Shown piece after piece: positions 21,581 to 32,815 of a DNA stretch of 64,000 nt (its first letter is position 1; the number at the start of each line of letters is the position of its first letter). A program made the translations under genes and the position numbers. The notes under the pieces are model-generated. The model was not told the origin of the DNA and made no database searches. It saw nothing but the letters and a program-made list of their open reading frames with translations. Origin of the DNA: Amoebophrya sp. A120 (taxonomy: Eukaryota; Protista; Dinoflagellata). Location of the stretch: the NCBI GenBank assembly GCA_905178155.1, contig CAJINV010000002.1, forward strand, positions 10,396,146-10,460,145, read 5' to 3'.

Positions 21581-21830
21581 CTAAAGACCAAGCGAGTGGA
21601 TGATCGCTTTTTTTCTCTTGCCTTTTTCACGGTCATCGTCGTCCCAGCGTGTTATGCGCTGTTTCGCAGGTACTAGAGAGCCATACAGCTTTACTGTTGA
21701 ATTCCCGTACGCTTCGATTTTCTCCCGGACGGTTTGTTTGCTATCGTCTGGCTCAACATCCATTCGCACCAGCTCCGTACGGGTTTTGACCGAAAGGTCG
21801 TCCCATACTTGTGACCACGGTTGTGTCCGG
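21581..21830 (-). pseudogene. Possible divergent ubiquitin-like domain fragment
   Basis: LSVKTRTELVRMDVEPDDSKQTVREKIE…VPAKQRIT resembles ubiquitin [29 protein letters not shown]…IPPDQQRLI; no clear ATG and no C-terminal GG. Confidence 0.3.
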
Positions 21831-22513
21831 CGTGATGTTGCAACGGCTAGTCCAAAGACTTTTGCAACCTGTAGTGGGTACAATAACAAATGCTACAGGT
21901 GAAGCTATCACATCCATGTTGCGATCATCTCAACTTGCTTGGGACAACAATCGGTATCGCTATCGGTTTACTTATTTTTTACTTTGATGACATGCTCTGA
22001 TTTACAATGCAAAATCGAAGAGAAATTCAATCAATTATATACCCTTGTTTTCAGGCCTTCATAAAGAGACATGGTCTCCTGTCGAAGCCCTTTCATGTTG
22101 TGAAAAATGGAACCTAACTGCGTGCGCTGGACTTCTTGTTCATCTTGTACCGACTTTAAAATGATTCCCATATAGGTGATGGCCCACCCCGTGGAATTAT
22201 GCACTGCAAAATGATCGAGGTAGCCAGATAGACCAGGACAACATACAAAAAAAACCAATCATATCAGGAGGGTGAAAGGTATGAGTGGTGTCGTAAAATT
22301 GAACTTGAGCACGAGCATAACACTTCACGATCTGCAGATCTATACACCTCTTGTGTTACCTAGGTATCTAAGTCCAATTATACTAGAAATTTGCATACGC
22401 ATGCTTATCATCAGCTCATGTTGACACCAGATCAGCCCTAATTCAAGGTACTGGAATATTGACGCAAATAGAAATAGGCATTGCAATATGGCACACACTA
22501 GAGCGAAGTATAT

Positions 22514-22635
22514 GAATATCCAGCCAACATTGCAAAATAATTCATTTTGCCATATTGGCTGGATATTCTTTGATGTATTCTCAGCATTAGTATTTCATTA
22601 AAATACTATATAATACTGAGAATACATCAAAGAAT
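22514..22635. repeat. Two abutting long inverted repeats (hairpins)
   Basis: 22514-22568: 25-bp stem with 2 mismatches and a 5-nt loop. 22565-22635: perfect 20-bp outer stem ATTCTTTGATGTATTCTCAG/CTGAGAATACATCAAAGAAT plus an inner TAGTATTT/AAATACTA stem. Confidence 0.85.
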
Positions 22636-24921
22636 GCAGCACGCTCAAAAGTTTTGAACACCATCAAGATGCATACCTATCAACTATGCCCCGATCTTCA
22701 TTCATAAAGGACTAGTCCTAGTGGCACAGCATTCTGACGCACGAAAGCGTAAATGGCGTTAGTGTAGTCGGGCACGAAAGCGTAAATGTCGTACAGGAGG
22801 TGTTGCAGCGACATGATTGTAATGAAGCGATCTCGAGTGAGTCGCGTCTGCGTCTACACTGTTCAAAAAATACCTGTATATATTTACAGTCCGCTATTTT
22901 TATCATTGTTTTCGTGAAGTGAGCGTGCAGTTGTGGGTAAGCTTCGAAATCAAACTTGGCCCCAGAGCTTTTAGGCCAGCAAGTTTATTGACGAGAAAGG
23001 CGCAAACAAATAAACCACGACTTCATCAAGGCTGATACGACAACGTTGCAGAATGAAAATGTGTTTATTTTGATTTTGACGAGGCTTTTGTAATGATCCA
23101 GTCGGACTCGTATGTATGAAGCCATTGAGTTTAAGTCTCAAAGACGCACGTCAAGGAAAACGCTACCCACGACCCGAGTGACAGTGTGTCCTCTGAAGCT
23201 AGCCTGTGTGTCCCCGGCAGCGCGTGGACGAAATAAAGCACGATTTACCAACGCTTGACTTACGAGTAAAAATTGCGGACCATATTTATTTTTCGACTCC
23301 GACGGATGTGTAGATCTCGTAGTTGGTCCGTAGTACTATTTGTGGTCCAGCATTATCACAACCACGTACCGGAGCGCACTGGACGCCAAGAACGGAACCT
23401 CTAAAGTTTGCCAACTACTTCTGAGATTTACAGCTAAGCTACTATCCACGCGCTGACCCCAGAAGAGCAAAGGCCATTTGAACAAATTCAGAATTTTGCG
23501 TGGTATTCCGGAAAGACGAAAAGAAAAACCCCCTACAAACATCAACATATTTGACCGAGGATTTTCGTGCCTTCATGATAGAGTTGGACCTCCGGTAACA
23601 GGAACAACAGGAACCCCCCCCCCGACCTGTTTGGTTCCTTCCCAACCACAAGGAAAAATGTAGATGAAGGAACTTATCTGCCTACTGGGCTGATGAAACC
23701 CCCCATTTTCTATAAAGAATATGCTCCACGACCATTATATTGGCTTCGAGATTATACATTTTCATTTTGGCTTTCTGCCAGCTGTTGTATTTGCACAAAG
23801 AAACAGACATATTGGAGCTGAAGCCTAAACTCATGTAGGCATTTATGAAGGAGGAGAACACCCAGTGTATGAGTTTCGCACCTAAATACATCATTCCAAA
23901 ACTGAGAATGGACAGCACCAAAGATTGCTGACGCGGACGCGAAAAATTGTACACTCTCCCATTTGATTCACAACATGCAAAAATCAAAACGTTCTAGTAC
24001 AATGTTGTAATTGTCAAAGATGATTCGTGAGTGAACAAAAAAAAATACATTGCTTGGTCGTGGTACGCATGTATGTTCGAGGTTTTAGCTTTGAAATGTT
24101 CGAATATAATGTTCAAAATATAAATATCTGAGCTAGTCTTTCATGTTGGTCAGAGCCAGTATATTAGGTATACGCGAGGAAAGGAACAAATCTAGAAAAA
24201 TGTAAATGTAAATGTCACAAAAGTCGATTTCAAATTGTTCAAAACGCAGAAAAGATCCAGATTATAGCACAAGCAACACGCTAGAGGAACAAAAGGTGAC
24301 TAAACGTAAACGCGTCCCCACCGTCACCTTGACGCATAAAAAAATAAGAAGTAGATAAGCACAAATAAATCGGTTATCGGTTATCGGTTAACGCATTATC
24401 CTGTTTCTCAGTAAAGTAGTTCTTGTCTGGGAATTTCGATTAAATCGTGGATGTGCGTGCACTATTATTATTGATCTCTTCCTTCGCATGGGATTTGAGG
24501 CCTTAGCGCAGAATAAAAGTTCCATCTGCTTCTCTTTGGAACCAAACCCCGCCTACATTCATCTCCTCCTTGCCCTTATTTTCGCAAAAGAAGGTCTCGC
24601 TCACTTCGAATCTGACTTCCGGAGCATCTTCGAGTTCCCATGCCAGCGGCTGGCTGGTGAAGCACAAAGAAATGGAAATGCATCATAAGGTCATGTATGT
24701 TGATTACCAATACCACTCAAACATTTCATGGCAAACAGTTGCGAATGTAAATCAATGTATATCAACAAGTCAAATTAGTAAAAACATAGTAACTTAAAAA
24801 GAAAGCTTGATGCTCGTGTAGCTGCAGGTCGTGATTTGAATCGCTTGGTTTCTTTCGAAATACTTGAAACTGAATCGTGAAAAAAGAATTCAAACCATTT
24901 TACAGCGAGCCGGCGTCATTT

Positions 24922-27900
24922 TTATGCCACATCAACTAGGTGTTCTTCCTTCTTCACTACCCCAGTGGCACTGCTCGTGATTTCCACACCGGACCCGGAC
25001 TGGGACTGCGCAGACTCTTCTTGCTTCACGGTGAACCACGGACGTATGCTGCTAATGAAGTAGTTGTACCCGATCCAAAAAGCGCCTGCAGGTTCCCACG
25101 ACGCGGAGTTGTTCGCTACCACTCCTGCTCCGCCTTCTGGTGCTTCTGGTTCTTTCATCTGTGCAACCACTTGTCCATCGCGTAAAAATGGTAATTCACA
25201 TTCCTCCTCTGCACCAGACCCGTGTCCGTCTGCAAACGGAATGTTGTGCGTGCGTAGGGAAGCAGGGATAACTGGTAAAGACAAAAGGACGCAAACTGTT
25301 TCTGGTACCAGCGATTCAAGAAATTGCTCATCGTGATCGCCGTGCCACTGCCAGCAATAGTTTGTGTCTCGGAGATAGCAGCTCATTTGCATCCAGGTCT
25401 GCGGGCGCACCGCCTCTGGGCACCGGCGGGAGGTCTTGGAACCTTCTTCATTCAGCCAATTTTCAAAAGGGTCGTCGGCGTAGCTCATGGCCGGGAGGTG
25501 GAGCCGCTCTTTTTCGGCAGCTGACAGAGAGAGGCTCTCCTCGTCCTCCAGCAGCTCCTTCAGTCGCCTGGTGTGCCGGACGTAGAAGCCCATGTTGCCT
25601 TCCCTCAGCGCAAGCACGGCAGTGCTGCGCCACAGCTCGAGCCTGTATGCGTGGATCCTGCGCTTCCGATCCCGACTTAGCTGCTGTCGCGCCGTTGTCG
25701 AGTTCTTGCCCGGGCTGCGATCCGTCAAGATCGGCCCTCGCGGGGCGCATTCATCATCCACAAACGCATCTGACTGGGGACCCGATGAAGACGAAGAAGG
25801 CAGTGCTGCGCTAGAGTTTCTCCTCCTTTGTTCGTACTGCTCTCGCTGCACGTCCCGAAACAACTCCTCGCACTCTCTGGAAAGCAAACCCAAACCGCCG
25901 CCGACTTCATCCTCGTCGTTCATCTCTTTCGCGTCTTCATCGAATACTGCGCTTCGTTCACGACGACCAAAGGCTGCACTGGTTTCTGAAAAAGCTTCAT
26001 CCACCACCAACGACGTGCTGACATTGCTGCTAATATGATCAACCACGTTTCCGAGACCCGGCGCAGAGCCGCGAGGCTCCGGCCCCACAAAAAGTTCAGC
26101 ATTCATCTCGTCACCACCAAAACTCCACTCTTCCTGCTCCTGCGGAACACGATCTGCTTCAGCATCTGGGTTTCTAGTACTAGCGTGTCGACTTGATTGC
26201 TGGATTTGCGAAGCTACCCCGGCAAATTGTTCTGTTCCATATTGTTCTTCCTCGCGTCCAACTACGACCGCGTGATCAGGATCATTTTCATCCGCTTTGT
26301 CGTCTGCTTCTTGACGATGCCGCACATCGTCATGTCCATTTGTGCCGGTGCAATTTCGACCGGGGATCGCGGAACCGATCTGGCGTTCTTCTCCACCTGC
26401 AATCCGAATCATCAACCCGGATTCTTCTACCTCGTCGCGTGTACTTGCATCTTGTACGGTAAAGCTAGACAAGGCATTTCGTGCCTGTGCGTCGGTGCCG
26501 CCCCCCTCAAAAATGTAGGAGGCAACGTCTGCGTTTCCGCGTTTTTCTTCGAGGACGCCAAATCGCACTCCCGTGCCAGCAGCTCCTGTTGGACGGAGTT
26601 CTGGACGATTCACCTCGCAGCCGCGACCATCTTCGTCCTCTGCAGTAACAGCAACAGCATCTTCATCACGATTCTCTACTTCAAGCTGCAGCACGACGAC
26701 AGCAGCCATTGCGAACACCGTAGCACAGATGTGGAAGAAAGTGAGCACTTGTTCGCTTTTATCTTCATCCTCGAGATGAAAACGCCACTGATCGTCATGG
26801 GACCTTTTGCTGAACACGGGGATGGTCATGCCAAGTCCGGAGGCACGAGCTGGCGCTGCAAGACTCAGTGGCCGTGGAAAATTCAATGCATCACTGCCGT
26901 CCTGTGTCTGCCTGCACGTGGTCGGCGGCCAGGGTGCCTCGAGCTGCTGCATGCGGGTACCGCGCATCTTGTTCAGAACAATCAACATCTGAGCGTATTG
27001 AAAACTCTGTGACGACGATATCAGGTCGCCAGATCGGAATGGTTTCGGCCGTCCCCCGTAAAAAAATGATCGTGAGCGAACAGATTCAACTAAACGCGAG
27101 GTTCCCGGCGGTATCGAGCCGTTGTCTTCGCCCGTGATCGCACCACGAGTGGAAAGAACACAATCAGCACAACAGCTATTCGCACATGCCACTGCGCAGT
27201 TGTTGTTGGAGCAGCTCTGCTTTTTGGTATGTGCCCCCACTCCCGTTTCCGTTTGTTCACCGTGGTCTCGCAGCGCCAGGCTTGTCTGCAGCTCGATGTC
27301 TACTGGCAGCTCGCTAGCACACCCAAAACTCGAGAAGAGATCAAAACATTCCAACATCATTTCGTCAACGCTCACTATCTCAACTTGTTGACCCTGCAGG
27401 TTGACCCTTTTCTTGAACTCGTCGAGTTCGAAGTCCAACGGCGCCTGCACATGCTTGTCGGAAAAAGAAGTTACTTCTTCTCGGGCCCCTGATTGTTGTG
27501 CTTCTGTGACGTGATGATCATGTGCTGCTGTACTAGCCACTGCAGCTCGCCGGCTGTATCCTTGTCTTTCAGCATGTGGCCCGTAGCCGATGGCCACGAT
27601 TTCAATTTCGCCTCGTGGACGTCCTGGTCGTGAATTCGGAGCCGCCCTTGTAGCTGCTGCGGTAGTTGTTGGCCAGAAAATCTTTGCGCTGCACGTTCTG
27701 GCCGAGAATCCCTGCTGCGTACGCCACTGCCCTTCACGATCTGCATCTGAAGGGTTCCTGTAGGAACTCAACACCACTGCAGAAGTCGCGTTTTCGATCA
27801 CGTGTGCGTCCGTTTGGGTTTGATTATTGTTGTGTGGTCCAACCGCCAAATTTGTTGTTAGAGGATCTTTATGGTTGTCGTCTTTCTCATCATCTTTCAC

Positions 27901-27960
27901 CATCGCCAGCCACCCGAGGCTGCTAATGAAACATCCTCCTGCGATGAGAAAAACTGCCAT
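24922..27960 (-). CDS. Hypothetical ~1010-aa protein with N-terminal hydrophobic segment and one internal TM-like stretch
   Basis: 3-kb uninterrupted ORF on the gene-bearing strand; MAVFLIAGGCFISSLGWLAMV and VLTFFHICATVFAMAAVVVL hydrophobic stretches; no domain recognised. Confidence 0.6.
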   Translation of the reverse strand: MAVFLIAGGCFISSLGWLAMVKDDEKDDNHKDPLTTNLAVGPHNNNQTQTDAHVIENATSAVVLSSYRNPSDADREGQWRTQQGFSARTCSAKIFWPTTTAAATRAAPNSRPGRPRGEIEIVAIGYGPHAERQGYSRRAAVASTAAHDHHVTEAQQSGAREEVTSFSDKHVQAPLDFELDEFKKRVNLQGQQVEIVSVDEMMLECFDLFSSFGCASELPVDIELQTSLALRDHGEQTETGVGAHTKKQSCSNNNCAVACANSCCADCVLSTRGAITGEDNGSIPPGTSRLVESVRSRSFFYGGRPKPFRSGDLISSSQSFQYAQMLIVLNKMRGTRMQQLEAPWPPTTCRQTQDGSDALNFPRPLSLAAPARASGLGMTIPVFSKRSHDDQWRFHLEDEDKSEQVLTFFHICATVFAMAAVVVLQLEVENRDEDAVAVTAEDEDGRGCEVNRPELRPTGAAGTGVRFGVLEEKRGNADVASYIFEGGGTDAQARNALSSFTVQDASTRDEVEESGLMIRIAGGEERQIGSAIPGRNCTGTNGHDDVRHRQEADDKADENDPDHAVVVGREEEQYGTEQFAGVASQIQQSSRHASTRNPDAEADRVPQEQEEWSFGGDEMNAELFVGPEPRGSAPGLGNVVDHISSNVSTSLVVDEAFSETSAAFGRRERSAVFDEDAKEMNDEDEVGGGLGLLSRECEELFRDVQREQYEQRRRNSSAALPSSSSSGPQSDAFVDDECAPRGPILTDRSPGKNSTTARQQLSRDRKRRIHAYRLELWRSTAVLALREGNMGFYVRHTRRLKELLEDEESLSLSAAEKERLHLPAMSYADDPFENWLNEEGSKTSRRCPEAVRPQTWMQMSCYLRDTNYCWQWHGDHDEQFLESLVPETVCVLLSLPVIPASLRTHNIPFADGHGSGAEEECELPFLRDGQVVAQMKEPEAPEGGAGVVANNSASWEPAGAFWIGYNYFISSIRPWFTVKQEESAQSQSGSGVEITSSATGVVKKEEHLVDVA

Positions 27961-28799
27961 TTTTACTTTCACCTTCTTCTATTTGTTAATTTACTTGAAA
28001 ACTCGACGTAAAATTCGTTTTTTGGTAGAAAGATGATTCGAAGAATACTACAAGCGTAAAAAAATATGGTACCGAAAAAAATCATGGATATGAAATCCTG
28101 TCGCCTTTACCTTTTGATGTTGCGTTGTTGCTTCAATTAAATTTAAATCTGACTCTGAGGTATAAATAATCATGAATAACTATCCATGAGCGATATGAAA
28201 GTATGGCATCTTCTTCTTCACGAATATGTGCGTTCGCTCCTCAAGGCGAGGAGCGAGTGACTGTGGTACTTACGTGCTAACTGGTGAGTCCCGAGCTTCC
28301 TCCGACCACGCAATCCAAACGATGACACGATCAAATCACGACATGACTAGACAGATGAAGAAGATGAAGATCGAAGACTACTAGAAGATGAAGATAGACA
28401 AGATATTTGCCGATCGTCTTTGTCCACTGATTTACCTAGCCTTTGCAACGATGACGATTTTCACGAGGACGACCCTGATGACGATTCTTTCCATGGAGGA
28501 TGACGCGCTCCTGCTTTTTGTGACTAGTAGGAGCCCACTCGAAATAACCGAATGCTCTGTGGTGTTGTGCTGACTGCAGAACCGCACATTTCTCAGGCGC
28601 TGGTATACGAAGACCCCCACGATGCTTTACTTCGTTCTTGCGCGCCTCAGGCTCACGACTACATCAAGAAGAGTAACTTGCTAAATCTAAGCGCTGATCT
28701 GGAATTGTGCCTCACCTCACAGGTCCAACCTGCTAGTACAATCTTCAGAAATCCGAACGACACCGACGCGCTGGGCTGGCAAGCGCATCAAGATTGATG

Positions 28800-31740
28800 C
28801 TGCACAGGACCTGTGACAGTGTGAGGGGTAGAGCACAGCGACAGAATCAGGATTTCCGCAAAAATCTATGATAGATCTGGCAGCGGAATTGTCACAAAGC
28901 AGGAATCCGAACGAGGCACAAGCTCAGACGAAGCGCACAGAAAAACACAAAACCCTGCGTAGGACCTGTGACAGCGTGCGGAATACAGCACAGATTTTCC
29001 GGAAAAATTCACAATAATTCCCGTAGCTGAACTCGGCCCAAAACAGGAATCCGCACGACACACAAGGTCAGGGCAAGCGCAGAGAAAAACCCAAAATCTT
29101 GCCTAGGACCTGTGACAACGTGGGGAATACAGCACAAATTTTCTGGAAAATCCAGTAAAACTGTGGCAACGCAAGTTTTCATAGAACAGGAATCCGCACG
29201 GGACAAGAGCGCAAGGAAAGCGCAAAAAGAATAGCAAAATCCTGTCCAGGACCTATCACACCATTGGGAATAGAGCACAGATTTTCCAGAAAAGTCCATG
29301 ATAACTGAAACTGTTGTAGCTCAACTTGGCACAAGACAGGAATCCGCACGCTACACAAGCTCAGGGCAAGCGCACAGAAACGCACAAAATCCTACCCAGG
29401 ACCTGTGATAACGTGGGCAATCGAGCACAGATTTTCTGGAAAAATCCAGTAAACGTGTGGCAGTGCAAGTTTTCCTAGAACAGGAATCCGCACGGGACAA
29501 GGGCGCAAGGCAAGCGTAAAAAGAATAGCCAAATCCTGCCCAGGACCTATCACACCATTGGGAATAGAGCACAGATTTTCCAGAAAAGTCCATCATAACT
29601 ATTGTAGCTCAAGTTGGCACAAAACAGGAATCCGCACGGTCCACAAGCTCAGGGCAAGCGCACAGAAACGCGCAAAATCCTACCCAGGACCTGTGATAAC
29701 GTGGGGAATCGAGCACAGATTTTCTGGAAAAATCCAGTAAAAGTGTGGCAGAGCAAGTTTTCCTAGAACAGGAATCCGCACGGGACAAGGGCGCAAGGCA
29801 AGCGCAAAAAGAATAGCAAAATCCTGCCCAGGACCTATCACACCATTGGGAATAGAGCACAGATTTTCCAGAAAAGTCCATCATAACTATTGTAGCTCAA
29901 GTTGGCACAAAACAGGAATCCGCACGGTCCACAAGCTCAGGGCAAGCGCACAGAGACGCGCAAAATCCTACCCAGGACCTGTGATAACGTGGGGAATCGA
30001 GCACAGATTTTCTGGAAAAATCCAGTAAAAGTGTGGCAGAGCAAGTTTTCCTCGAACAGGAATCCGCACGGGACAAGGGCGCAAGGCAAGCGCAAAAAGA
30101 ATAGCAAAATCCTGCCCAGGACCTATCATACCATTGGGAATAGAGCACAGATTTTCCAGAAAAGTCCATGATAACTATTGTAGCTCAACTTGGCACAGAA
30201 AAGGAATCCGCACGCTACACAAGCTTCGGGCAAGCGCACAGAAACGCACAAAATCCTATCCAGGACCTGCGATAACGTGGGGAATCGAGCACAGATTTTC
30301 TGGAAAAATCCAGTAAAAGTGTGGCAGTGCAAGTTTTCCTAGAACAGGAATCCGCACGGGACAAGGGCGCAAGGCAAGCGCAAAAAGAATAGCAAAATCC
30401 TGCCCAGGACCTATCACACCATTGGGAATAGAGCACAGATTTTCCAGAAAAGTCCATGATAACTATTGTAGCTCAACTTGGCACAGAAAAGGAATCCGCA
30501 CGCTACACAAGCTTCGGGCAAGCGCACAGAAACGCACAAAATCCTATCCAGGACCTGCGATAACGTGGGGAATCGAGCACAGATTTTCTGGAAAAATCCA
30601 GTAAAAGTGTGGCAGTGCAAGTTTTCCTAGAACAGGAATCCGCACGGGACAAGGGCGCAAGGCAAGCGCAAAAAGAATAGCAAAATCCTGCCCAGGACCT
30701 ATCACACCATTGGGAATAGAGCACAGATTTTCCAGAAAAGTCCATGATAACTATTGTAGCTCAACTTGGCACAGAAAAGGAATCCGCACGCTACACAAGC
30801 TTCGGGCAAGCGCACAGAAACGCACAAAATCCTATCCAGGACCTGCGATAACGTGGGGAATCGAGCACAGATTTTCTGGAAAAATCCAGTAAAAGTGTGG
30901 CAGTGCAAGTTTTCCTAGAACAGGAATCCGCACGGGACAAGGGCGCAAGGCAAGCGCAAAAAGAATAGCAAAATCCTGCCCAGGACCTATCACACCATTG
31001 GGAATAGAGCACAGATTTTCCAGAAAAGTCCATGATAACTATTGTAGCTCAACTTGGCACAGAAAAGGAATCCGCACGCTACACAAGCTTCGGGCAAGCG
31101 CACAGAAACGCACAAAATCCTATCCAGGACCTGCGATAACGTGGGGAATCGAGCACAGATTTTCTGGAAAAATCCAGTAAAAGTGTGGCAGTGCAAGTTT
31201 TCCTAGAACAGGAATCCGCACGGGACAAGGGCGCAAGGCAAGCGCAAAAAGAATAGCAAAATCCTACCCAGGACCTATCACACCATTGGGAATAGAGCAC
31301 AGATTTTCCAGAAAAGTCCATGATAACTATTGTAGCTCAACTTGGCACAAAACAGGAATCCGCACGCTACACAAGCTTCGGGCAAGCGCACAGAAACGCA
31401 CAAAATCCTATCCAGGACCTGCGATAACGTGGGGAATCGAGCACAGATTTTCTGGAAAAATCCAGTAAAAGTGTGGCAGTGCAAGTTTTCCTAGAACAGG
31501 AATCCGCACGGGACAAGGGCGCAAGGTAAGCGCAAAAAGAATAGAAAAATCCTGCCCAGGACCTGTCACACCATGGGGAATAGAGCACAGATTTTCCAGA
31601 AAAGTCCATGATAACTATTGTAGCTCAAGCTGGCACAAAACAGGAATCCGCACGAGGCACAAGTTCGGGGCAACGGCAAGCGCACATGGAAGTATAAAAT
31701 TATGCGTAGGACCTGCGACACCGTGGGAATAGAGCACACA
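28800..31740. repeat. Satellite array: 288-bp higher-order repeat of two diverged 144-bp monomers (~10 dimers)
   Basis: AATCCGCACG recurs at 29341, 29485, 29629… (period 144); ORF-track copies recur every 288 bp (29558, 29846, 30134, 30422, 30710, 30998, 31286); edges degenerate. Confidence 0.97.
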
Positions 31741-32815
31741 CAGCTGCTCTTCATTCTATTTATTATTTTTATTCCGAAAGATATTTGCTTAAGTAAAGCC
31801 GTGAAGGCCGAACAGGCGTTCAGACTGAGACTTCTCATATGACACCAGTTTTGCGCACGTCTAGGTGCGAGGGGGCAAACACAAAAAATAAAAAAAGCAA
31901 CAAAATCCTTCCCAGGACCCGCGACAGCGTGTGGCACACTTGGGCTTGGTCTTAGACGCTCCTTTGCATGAGTTGCTATAGTTTTCGAAAGTCGTGCACA
32001 GAGAAGTACAATCGTCACGATTTCACTTTTCTGGTTTCGTGCAACAGGTCCTATTCGTTGTAGCGTAGCGTACCAAACGAGTAAAAGAAGAATTTTCTAA
32101 TTTCTATTTCTACTCGGCTCTCGAATCGCGAAAATGAAGAAAAGTTCAAGTTGTACCCTCCCAAGTCAAAATAAATATTAGCTCCTTACACTTTCACTTG
32201 TTGATGGCATCTACGATAAAGTCAGTGAGTAAGAAAGCAGCTTCGTGAGAAACCAGACATGAAAATTGAGCTCGCAAGATTTCTAGCCCCCTGGGACGAG
32301 AACGGAGCGTAGCTTGAGCCTACTTCAGCGATGTAAAACCTAGTTCGTTGACATTATGAGCCTCAGCCTGTAGTTCTATTCTCACGAATTTTACGATACT
32401 TTGCCTTTCAGCGTGCCTCTGCCTACTGCGTGATGTTACAACCATCTTCAACAACCAGTAGGGGTAGGTACGTAACAGCATTTTTTCATTTCGCTATATT
32501 GTACAAGTGTTTTTATAATCTGTGCTTGCAATTATTATAATAGAAATTTTTGTATTTCTATTTTTCTTTTGGAAACAGTTTCATTAATTTCTGTGACACG
32601 GTTTCTCTTGTCGCTTTTTGCGCAACATCTTTCACAATGTCAATCGCAATGCGTTTCTTTGGCTCCGTGCATTTCGTGTACTTAGTTCTACAATTGTAGC
32701 ACGTCACATCTCGCGCTCGCGAAAATGCCCATCGACAACTCAACATTTCGGCATTGGCAGCTTTATTGCACAGAGTATGAATTTTTCGGCTTCTTGACAT
32801 TTTATTTGCCTGCTT

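Noticed and set aside
24371-24390. (CGGTTAT)x3 as a telomeric seed
   Set aside because: Too short and not a G-rich telomere motif.
28800-31740. CRISPR array or repeated small genes (MDFSGKSV…, MGIEHRFS… ORFs)
   Set aside because: There are no unique spacers; whole units repeat, and the ORFs are by-products of the 288-bp period being a multiple of 3.
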